From assembly GCA_038212275.1 (NCBI GenBank), contig JBBQUR010000003.1, positions 1 through 64,000 of the forward strand: 64,000 nucleotides of DNA. The letters run 5' to 3'. The position numbers and the translations under genes are program-made. Shown piece after piece: positions 1 to 8,500 of this stretch. This stretch comes from Planctomycetota bacterium. Its GTDB lineage: Bacteria; Planctomycetota; B15-G4. The notes below the pieces were generated by a model, which was not told the origin of the DNA, did not search any database, and saw only the letters and a list, made by a program, of their open reading frames with translations. Every line of letters starts with the position of its first letter. The stretch's first letter is position 1.

Positions 1-1
1 G

Positions 2-367
2 GTGGGTGGCCCGGTGTTCGACTTCGCGAAGCTCGACTGGCTCAACGGCGCCAAGATCCGCGCCTTGAGCGCCGAGCAGCTTGCGGACCGGCTCATCAGC
101 GAGGGTTTCGCGGGGCCCGGCGCACGCACGCCGGAAGGCGCCGCGTTCACGCGCGAGAAGCTCATCGCCGTGCTGCCGCTCTCCCAGGACCGCCTGCGCC
201 TGCCGACGCCTAGCGCGTGCTGCCGAGGCTCCTGGTTCCCAGCGCGTCGTGCAGCGTGCGCAGACTGTCTTCGCATCCCGCGAGGAGCGTGCGCTTGCGG
301 CCGAGCGACAGGGCGAGCGACTGCGCGTTGGTGTTGCGGCGCGACAGCGCGACGATGGTCGCGTTGA
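2..367 (+). pseudogene. gltX: Fragment of glutamate--tRNA ligase; 5' part lies outside the window, recognisable homology ends near nt 200
   Basis: GGPVFDFAKLDWLNGAKIR matches the GluRS FDxxKLxWxN motif after KMSKS. After ...PLSQDRLRL the frame runs into the antisense of the convergent gene, so the anticodon-binding domain appears missing. Confidence 0.6.
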
Positions 368-1157
368 GCCCCGCGAACCTGTCCAGCGCCGCGGTCGCCA
401 GGGCGAGCTGCGGCGGGGCCGGTGCGGGAAACAGCGCGGCCAGCGCCTGCAGTTCGCTTCGCGCGACGGACTCCGCCTCCGCCATCGCCGCTTCCTGGCG
501 CGTCATCGCCGCGTCGTCGGACTCGGCGATGTGCGGCGCCTGCAGCGACTCGATCTGGCGCACGGCGGCCACCGCCGTCTCCACGAGCGCCGCCGCATGC
601 CAGCTCTCCGCGTCCGGCGCAGACGACCGCAGCGGCTGCAGGGCGTCGCGGAACGCATCCGCCGCCTCGCGCTCCTCGCCGAAGGAGAGCCGCTGCGCCT
701 TGAGATTGGTGTTCTCCACGGCGAGGCCGAGGACCTCGCGGTCCAGCGCGCGGTATTCCGCGAAGCGCGTGTCGAATTCCGCGAGCAGGCGGCCCTCCTC
801 GGAGTAGCCGAGGCTCGCGAGGAGCGGCGCCAGTGCCGCGGAGTCGCGCAGCGCGGCCTCGGCCGCCGTGTTGGCCTCGCGGGCGAAGTCCACGGAAGCC
901 TCGTCGCTCTCCGCCATGACGGCCAGATTCGAGGCCGCGGAGGTCTGCTTGACGTCCGCCCGCAACTCGGCCAGGTGCCGGTGCGCCTCCGCAAGGCGCT
1001 GCAGCGAAGGGCCAAGGCCATCGCCGCAACCGGCTGTCGCCAGGGCGAGCAGCGCGGCCACGCCGCCGGCGGCCAGCGCGAGGGCGCGCTGCGAACCCCG
1101 CGAACCCGGCGCAACGAAGAACGGCGTCACGACCTTCACGGCCGCGGACGATAACAC
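210..1157 (-). CDS. Periplasmic lipoprotein with MCP-like four-helix-bundle sensor domain(s)
   Basis: Hydrophobic N-terminus ending LATAGC (lipobox-like), all-helical Ala/Leu/Glu-rich body with duplicated ..LAVENTNLKAQRLS/..LSRRNTNAQSLALS motif; start uncertain. Confidence 0.55.
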   Translation of the reverse strand: MLSSAAVKVVTPFFVAPGSRGSQRALALAAGGVAALLALATAGCGDGLGPSLQRLAEAHRHLAELRADVKQTSAASNLAVMAESDEASVDFAREANTAAEAALRDSAALAPLLASLGYSEEGRLLAEFDTRFAEYRALDREVLGLAVENTNLKAQRLSFGEEREAADAFRDALQPLRSSAPDAESWHAAALVETAVAAVRQIESLQAPHIAESDDAAMTRQEAAMAEAESVARSELQALAALFPAPAPPQLALATAALDRFAGLNATIVALSRRNTNAQSLALSLGRKRTLLAGCEDSLRTLHDALGTRSLGSTR

Positions 1158-1192
1158 GCGACAGCCCGGCGCGCGCGGGCGATGCCGCTCCC

Positions 1193-1588
1193 TCAGAACG
1201 CCGCGGCGCCGGCCTCCGCCACCGCGTGGTCCTGGTCACCACTGCCGCCGCTGACGCCGATCGCGCCGACGACGACGCCCTTGCGCTTCAGCGGGATGCC
1301 GCCGGCGAAGATCATCACGCGGCCGTCGTTGCTCGCATGGATGCCGAAGAACTGGCTGCCCGACTGGCTGTGCGTGGCCAGGTCCTGCGTGGTGATGTCG
1401 AAGGCGCGCGCGGTCCACGCCTTCTTGATGGAGATGTCCACGCTGCCCATCCACGCGCCGTCCATGCGCACGTGCGCGACGAGGTTGCCGCCTGCATCCG
1501 CGACGGCGATGTTCATCGGCTGGCCGAGCCTGGCGGCCTTCTTCTCGGCGGCGGCGATGACCTTGCGGGCTTCCTGGAGCGTGACCAT
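1193..1588 (-). CDS. GlcG/HbpS family heme-binding protein
   Basis: MNIAVADAGGNLVAHVRMDGAWMGSVDISIKKAWTA...FAGGIPL...VGAIGVSGGSGDQD is the typical family signature; ATG at 1588. Confidence 0.9.
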   Translation of the reverse strand: MVTLQEARKVIAAAEKKAARLGQPMNIAVADAGGNLVAHVRMDGAWMGSVDISIKKAWTARAFDITTQDLATHSQSGSQFFGIHASNDGRVMIFAGGIPLKRKGVVVGAIGVSGGSGDQDHAVAEAGAAAF

Positions 1589-1781
1589 GGGCAGATCCTC
1601 GGCGTGGTGAAGGTATGAGCTGGCGTGAACCGCAGATGAGTGCGCCGTCGTACACGACCGCAAGGCGCTACGCAACCGAAGCGAGGGACTCGATGGCGGG
1701 GTCCGGGCTGCGAGTCATCGTCTGGCCAAGCAACGCTCCGACGGCGCTCGAGGACTTCGATCCCGAGCGCGCGCCGCGCAG

Positions 1782-3602
1782 CTAGCGTGCCCGCGAGGCG
1801 GGGTCGCCACCCGGCGCCTCCGGGACGATCTGCTCTCCGAACTCGTCCTCGGGTCCATCGTGGAAGAGGCGCAGTTCCGCGGCTCCGGAGCCTGCGAGTT
1901 TCTCCGCGAAGAGCAGCGCATCGCGTGTGCTGTGCAGGATGCCCGCCGTGCTGAAGAAGATGTTCTCGCGGCCGATGATCTCGTCCACGCCGCTGCGCTG
2001 CAGGATCTTCTCGGCATCGCCCGAGATGCCGGAGACGAGCAGTCGGCGGTCGCTCTCGCGCAACCACACCGCGAGCCGCGAGAGCGCGAGCACGCTCGTC
2101 GCATCCCAGTGCCGCGCGCTCTTCATGCGCAGCAGGATCACCTTGATGGATGGGTCCTGCGCGATGCGGTGCACCTCGGCCTCGAGCACGTCGGCCGCCG
2201 CGAAGAACAGGTCGCCCTCGACGTGCAGCATGCAGATGGCCGGATTGCGGCGCGGCGCGTCACCTGCCACCTGGCTCAGCCGGCGCGAGCGATCCAGCGC
2301 GTACTCCACGAGCTGCGGCGTCTGCGCCTTGCGCAGGTAGAGCGCAAGCGACACGAGCACGCCGATGAACAGCGCCGTGTCGAGGCGCACGACGAGCGTG
2401 GCCGCGAACGTGACGAGCAGCGCGAGAGCGTCCTCGCGCGTGGTGCGGAGCATGAGCCGCACCCGCGTCCAGTCGGGCAGCCGCGAAGCGAGCACGATGA
2501 GCACGCCGGCGAGGCACGCGCGCGGCACGAGCGGCACCAGCGGCCCGGCAAAGAGCATGACGACGAGAATCCACAGGCTCGAGAGGGCCGCGGCAAGCTG
2601 CGTGCGCGCGCCTTCCTGCAGATTGAGGAAGCTGCGCGTGAACGATGACGAGGCGGGCAATCCGCCCAGCACGCCGCTCGCCATGTTCGCGGCGCCCTGT
2701 CCGACGAGCTGCCAGCGGCTGTCGATGCGCTGGCCGGTCTGCGCCGACAGCAGGCTCGTGATCGTGATGGCCTCGACCGCGCCGAGGATCGCGGCGGCGA
2801 TCGCGCCGGGCACCATGTCCGAAAACAGCTCCCAGCTCACGGAGGGAAGGTGCAGCGACGGGAGCATGAGCGGCACCGCCGGCACGCGCGCGGCGACGGA
2901 AGGATCGAGCCCGATGAGCCAGACGGCCACGCCGCTGCCGATCACGGCGACGAGGGCACCGGGCACGCGTCCCAGCACGCGCACGGGAAGCAGCATGACG
3001 GCGATCGAGCAAAGGCCGATGAGCACGGCGACCGGCTGCACCGCGCGCCATTGCCCGGCCAGCTCCCGCAGCAGCGGCAGGGGTTCGGCGCGATGCGTCG
3101 AGAGGCCCATGAGCGGCCCGAGCTCGTGCGCCGCGATGAGCACGGCGGTGCCGACCATGAAGCCCTGCAGCACCGAGCCCGAGATGAAACGCGAGAGATT
3201 GCCCATGCCCACGAGGCCCATGACGACCTGGCAGCAGCCGACGAGCAGCGCGAGCACGACGATGGCCGAGATCGGATCGAACTCGCCGGGGTGCTGCCGC
3301 GCGAGCACCGCGAACAGGCTCGCCACGAGCATGCACACCGCGTTGTTCACGCTGGTGACGAGCTGGTTCGAGCTCCCGATGAGCGCGCCGACGATGCCTG
3401 CGACGATCGCGGTCAGGATGCCGTAGACCGGTGGGAAACCGGCGAGCATCGCGAAGGCGATCGACTGCGGAAGCGCGACCGCGGCCACCGGCAGAGAGGC
3501 GCGCAGGTCGGCGCGCCAGTCCTTCCGGTCGTAGCGGCGCAGGACGTCGAGCAGGGGCAGCGGGCCCATGCGTCGCGCCAGGCCGCGTGCCACGTCCCGC
3601 AT
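1782..3602 (-). CDS. SulP family inorganic anion transporter with C-terminal STAS domain
   Basis: ALPQSIAFAMLAG..P..G, SSFTRS..N..GARTQLAA, many TM segments, STAS motif VEGDLFFAAA..ILLRMKSARHWDAT; start could be 3570-3695. Confidence 0.9.
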   Translation of the reverse strand: MRDVARGLARRMGPLPLLDVLRRYDRKDWRADLRASLPVAAVALPQSIAFAMLAGFPPVYGILTAIVAGIVGALIGSSNQLVTSVNNAVCMLVASLFAVLARQHPGEFDPISAIVVLALLVGCCQVVMGLVGMGNLSRFISGSVLQGFMVGTAVLIAAHELGPLMGLSTHRAEPLPLLRELAGQWRAVQPVAVLIGLCSIAVMLLPVRVLGRVPGALVAVIGSGVAVWLIGLDPSVAARVPAVPLMLPSLHLPSVSWELFSDMVPGAIAAAILGAVEAITITSLLSAQTGQRIDSRWQLVGQGAANMASGVLGGLPASSSFTRSFLNLQEGARTQLAAALSSLWILVVMLFAGPLVPLVPRACLAGVLIVLASRLPDWTRVRLMLRTTREDALALLVTFAATLVVRLDTALFIGVLVSLALYLRKAQTPQLVEYALDRSRRLSQVAGDAPRRNPAICMLHVEGDLFFAAADVLEAEVHRIAQDPSIKVILLRMKSARHWDATSVLALSRLAVWLRESDRRLLVSGISGDAEKILQRSGVDEIIGRENIFFSTAGILHSTRDALLFAEKLAGSGAAELRLFHDGPEDEFGEQIVPEAPGGDPASRAR

Positions 3603-3881
3603 CTCCGTCAGCCGTGTCGTCGTCGCCGTCTCCTGCCCGCGGGGCCGCAAGTCGTTCAGGGTCGATCGTAGCGTGCGCGTCGACCTGCGATCCACCGCGA
3701 CGGTCGACTCGGCCGGCGAGATCGGGCCTCCGGTGCGCTCGCGGGCGATCCACGGAGCCGTCTGGCGAAGGCATCGCCGGAGCGGGAGGCGGATCGACCT
3801 GCCTTGCGGTTAGATTCAGCGCTTCGGTCGGGCGGCATGGCGCCGCGCCCGACTCTCGCGACCTCCGGCAACCGCTCGCTC

Positions 3882-5531
3882 ATGCCAGACTCCACACCTG
3901 CTTCGCGCGACCGGACCGTGCGGTGCGTCAGCCGGAGGGTCGTCGTCGTGCTGGCCGGCGCGCTCTTCAGCGCCGTGATCGGGGCGTGCGCCGCGCCGCC
4001 GCCGGCGCCGTTTTTGCCAACGGGCCTTTCCGTCAAGCTCACGCAGCACGCCGGCTCGGCGATCACCGGGCCGCTGTCCGAGGCGAGCATCGCCGAACTG
4101 GATCAGGATCCGACGCACGCCTTCGCGGTGCAGGGTCGCGCCGTGCTGCTCGAGCACTTTCCGCGCTCGTGGGCGCCACACCTCGCCTCGCAGGCGACGC
4201 TGATGCTCACGACGCCAGGCAGCCGGCCGGTGCTCGCCGTCTCGCGACTGGGCGCCGGCGCCTCGCGCGTGCCGGCCGACGAGACCTCCGCGTTTCTCGC
4301 GGCTCTCGATGCCGGCGCGCTCGGCCCCGACGTGCCGCTCGGCGAGGTCGCCGCCACGCTTCCCGGTGGTGTGACCGTTGCTCTGCGTCTGTCCTCCACG
4401 GAGTCGGACGGATTGCAGACCGTCTCGTTGCTGCTGTCGCGTGACGAAGGCGCCGCGGACGCCGCAGGCGCCGCAGACGCCGCGGACGCCGCGGTCACGC
4501 CGGCGCTCGTCTTCGAGGGCGAGGTTCCCGAGCGCGACGCCGATCGCACGACGAGCCTGGTGCGCATGGCGGACCGCGACGCGCAGCCGAGCGCATCCGG
4601 CTCGAACGCCGCCACTGCCGCCACGGCCGCCGCGCCGGACGTGTCGGACGACGACGAGGTCGCGCGCGTCGTGCATCAGCGCGAAGGCCTCTATCTGAGT
4701 GACGGACCGACCGCCGGCGGCGCGCCCCTCGTCGTCGTCGTGCCGCTTCCCCAGCCCGGCGCTCCGGATGCCGCAGCCGTGCTCGTCTGGTCGCTCGCGC
4801 CGGCCTCCGCGCGCGAGCCGTCGCAGCACGCAGCAGACGTGGCAGCCACCTTCGAAGCGGTGAAGCAGGCGACGGCCTCGCAACGCGAGCTTGCCTCGGC
4901 GCTCACCGACAACGAGTCCTATTTGCGCGGCATGCTTGCGGCGCTCGGGTCGCTGGACGTCGCAGGCCATGAACGCGCGGCGCTCGTCTTCCTCACCGGC
5001 GCATCGGGCGCCTCGCTCGCCGAGGACCTCGCGCTGGTGGGGGACGAGGAAACGCTGCTCGCCTACGTTGCGCGGGTGCAGGTGGAAGCCGCGGCGCTTC
5101 AGGACCAGGGCATGCGCGCCGCAGCGCTGGGCTGGCTGCTCGAGAGCACCGCCTACCGCATGTTCACCAACGCCGCGGACGAGCGGGCGCTTCCGCCCGG
5201 GCTCAGCGGCCTGCTGCTGCGCCACGCCGGCGAAGTCGGCCGCTTCCCCGGCACGCTGGAGGAGTTGCTCGCCTCGTGCCGCGACGTCGACATGCTGCAG
5301 CAGCGGCTGCTCCTCGAGAACCGCCAGTTCCTGCGGGACAGCAACCCCGTCTCGCGAGTGCGCGCCTTCGACTGGCTCGCCCAGCGCGAGGCCGCGCCGC
5401 CCGGCTACGACCCGCTGGGACCACCCGACGCCCGGCGCGCTGCGCTCGATCGCGCGGAAGCGGCCGCGCTCGACGCGTCCAAGTCCGGTGCTGGAACCGA
5501 CGCCGCGGCCGCGCCGGAGGCCGTGCCGTGA
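3882..5531 (+). CDS. Hypothetical lipoprotein
   Basis: Long ORF with GC3-biased codons, signal-like VVVVLAGALFSAVIGAC; its TGA overlaps the ATG of the next gene (TGATG); start uncertain (3804-3920). Confidence 0.65.
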   Translation: MPDSTPASRDRTVRCVSRRVVVVLAGALFSAVIGACAAPPPAPFLPTGLSVKLTQHAGSAITGPLSEASIAELDQDPTHAFAVQGRAVLLEHFPRSWAPHLASQATLMLTTPGSRPVLAVSRLGAGASRVPADETSAFLAALDAGALGPDVPLGEVAATLPGGVTVALRLSSTESDGLQTVSLLLSRDEGAADAAGAADAADAAVTPALVFEGEVPERDADRTTSLVRMADRDAQPSASGSNAATAATAAAPDVSDDDEVARVVHQREGLYLSDGPTAGGAPLVVVVPLPQPGAPDAAAVLVWSLAPASAREPSQHAADVAATFEAVKQATASQRELASALTDNESYLRGMLAALGSLDVAGHERAALVFLTGASGASLAEDLALVGDEETLLAYVARVQVEAAALQDQGMRAAALGWLLESTAYRMFTNAADERALPPGLSGLLLRHAGEVGRFPGTLEELLASCRDVDMLQQRLLLENRQFLRDSNPVSRVRAFDWLAQREAAPPGYDPLGPPDARRAALDRAEAAALDASKSGAGTDAAAAPEAVP

Positions 5532-8500
5532 TGGCCGCGCCGACACCCGTCGCGAACCCGCCGCGCACGCGGCGGCGGCGCTGGTTGAGAACGCTCACCT
5601 GGATCGTGGGCCTCGCCGTCGCCGCGCGGCTGCTGCTGTGGCTTGCCCTGCCGCTCGTGCTGGAGCGGGCCGCGGAAGCCTTCGATCTGGATTACGAAGT
5701 GGGCGAGCTTTCGCTCTCGCTGCGCACCGGCCAGCTCGAGCTGCACGATCTGGTCCTGCTGCCGAAGCATCCGAGCACGCGCGGAGCGACGCCGCCCGCG
5801 CCGCGCGCGCCCGATGGCGCCCCGGATGGTGCGCCGGTCGGCGCCTCGACGCCGGCGGGCGCGGATGCCGACGTGTTCCGCGACTCCCTGGCCGCGGATG
5901 GCCGGGTGGGCGCACTGGACTACCTGCTCGTCGACATCGACATGCAGGCCTTGCTCTCGGGACGCCTGCACGCCGAACGCATCGATGTGGACGGGCTGAC
6001 GATTCTGGTGGCGCTGCCGCCGAAGCCGGCCGCCGACCCGTCGGCATCGCCGCAGGACGCAGCCGACACGCGCGCCGCGCGTGCACGGCACGAGGCCGCG
6101 CCGACACCGGGCCGCGACGCGGGGCGCGAGCCGATCCCGACCGACTTGACGCTGCCGTTCAGCCTGGACGCCCTGCGCGTGCAGCACGCGCGCTGCCTGC
6201 TTCGCGACGAGTCGGTCTCGCCGCCGCTCGCCACCGAGCTCTCGCTCGACGTGCGCGTCTCGGACGTCGGCTCGACGAAGGCGCCGGCGCGCCTGCTCGT
6301 CCGTGCCGAAGCGAGCGGTGTGCTCGACGAATTGCGCATCGACGGCACGCTCTCGGGCGACCGCAGCCGTCAGGAGGGCGTGCTCACGGTGGTGCTGCGC
6401 GGCATGCACCCCGGCGCCCTGGCCGGCTACCTCGCACGGGCCTCAGCGGCCCCCGTGGCCGAGAGACTCGGCCTGCGCTTCTCGCTCACCGGCGGCGCGC
6501 GCGCGTCGGGCGAGCATGGCGAGCTCTGCAGCGCGGAACTGGCCCTCGACGGACTGCAGCTCGACGCGGACGGCCGGACGGCGTTCGCGCTGCAGTCGCT
6601 GCGTCTCGATGTGCCGTCGCTTGCCGGCGCTGCCCGCGGCGTCCTGCGCACGGAACTCGGTGTGCTGAATCTCACGGGCCTGCACGCCGCCGTCGAACGC
6701 CTGCCGTCCGGCGCGTGGCGGGTCGCCGGCCTCGACCTGCTGCCCGCCGCGACGGATGCCGGCGCCGCGGACGCCGTCGCAGCGGCAGGGTCCGCCGGCG
6801 ACGCCGACACGGCGCGTGCATCGCAAGACGCCGCGCCGCCGTCGGACGCGACGACGCCGGCCGCTCCGTCCGAGGCCACGCCATGGAGGCTCGCGCGGCT
6901 TGCGCTCCGCGACGTGCAACTGGACGTCCACGACGGCACAGTGGTCCCGGCCACGGACCTTTCGGTGCAGCTCGCGGCGCTGGAGCTCGGCCCGCTGCAG
7001 AGCGATGCTGGCACGGAGTCGGACCCCGCGCAGCTGTCCGCCACGCTGCACGCCCCCGGTCTGTGCGACACGCTTGAAGTCACGGGCTCGCTCGCGCCCT
7101 TCGGTCCGGAAGCCTCCGCGGATCTCTCACTGCAGTCGACGGGCCTGACGCTCCGGCGCGCCGAGCCGTATCTGCGCGCGGCGGGGCTGCGCTCGCTGTT
7201 GCAGCAGGGCGCGCTCGGCCTGCACGTGCAGGCGCAGACCGGCACGGACGAGCAGGGCGCCGTCACGGCCAGCGTGCGAATCACGGACCTGCTGCTGCGC
7301 GACGGCGACAACACTCTGCTCTCGCTGCCGGTGGTGGCGTTCGACGGACTGGTGGCCGCCGCCGACGGCTCCAGCGTGGTGTTGCGCGACGTGGACATCG
7401 CAGGGCCGGCCCTCGATCTGCGCCGCGACGCGGACGGCGCGCTGCACCTGCTCGGCCTGGCCACGCTCAGCGCTGCGGAACTCGACGCGGCGTCCGGCGG
7501 CGCCGCCGCGCCTGCGGAGCGCCAGGACGCGTCGTCCGCTGCCACCGCGCAGGCCACCGCGCAGGCCGCTGGGCCCGCCGGTCCCCGTCTGCTGCTCGGA
7601 CAGTTGCGCTGGCACGACGTCGCGCTGCACGTGCGTGACGAGGCCGTTGCGCCGCCGATCGACCTGAACCTGCATGACGTAGGGCTGAACCTGTCGGACC
7701 TCGCGATCGGCGGCGACCCCGCGCACGGCGACAGCCGGACCGGCAAGCTGGCGCTCTGGCTCGGCGCGGAGGGCATCCTGCAACGGCTCGAACTGCAGGG
7801 TGCCGTGCAGTCCCGGCCGGGTCCGCTGGATCTCACGGCCGATCTCTCGCTGCAGGTCACGGGCGTGCAGGGCGGACAGGCCGCCGCGTGGATGGAAGCC
7901 GCCGGATGGCAGTCCGCGTGGGCAGACGGTCGGCTCGCGCTCGCGCTGCACGCGGCGGTCGCGCAGCGCGAGGACGCCTTGCACGCCGACGTGGAGCTCA
8001 CGCAGCTCTCGCTCGACAATGGAGGACAGCGCTGGCTCGCGTTGCAGCGGCTGTCGCTCGGAGCCGTGCAGCTCGGGGCCGAGGGCCTGCAGGTCGGAGC
8101 GATCGAGCTCTCGGGCTTCGATGTTCGCGCGGAACGGGATGCAGAGGGCGGCATGCTCTTCGCCGGCGTGCGCGTGCCGCCGCCCGTCGCGCCCGTCACG
8201 CCTGTCGCGCCCGTCGCGCCCGTCGCGGCGACGGGCGATGTGCCGATGACCGACGACGCCGCGCAGGCGGACGACGACACCGCGCCGATGCGCATCGTGG
8301 TGGCGCGCGTCGCGCTCGACGACGTGCACGTGCAGTTCAACGATGCCGCCGTCAGCCCGGCCGCCGACCTGAGCGCCGGGATGGCACTGCACGTCAGCGG
8401 CTTCGACACGGCCTCGCCGCCGGGCGGTGCTCCGGCGGCCTTCGACCTGTCGCTCGCGGTGCCCGGCACGCTGGAGAGCCTTGCCCTTCAAGGCGACGTG

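Noticed and set aside
2..200. GluQ-RS (YadB) as the explanation for the short gltX
   Set aside because: The FDxxKLxWxN region belongs to full GluRS, and there is no stop codon where homology ends.
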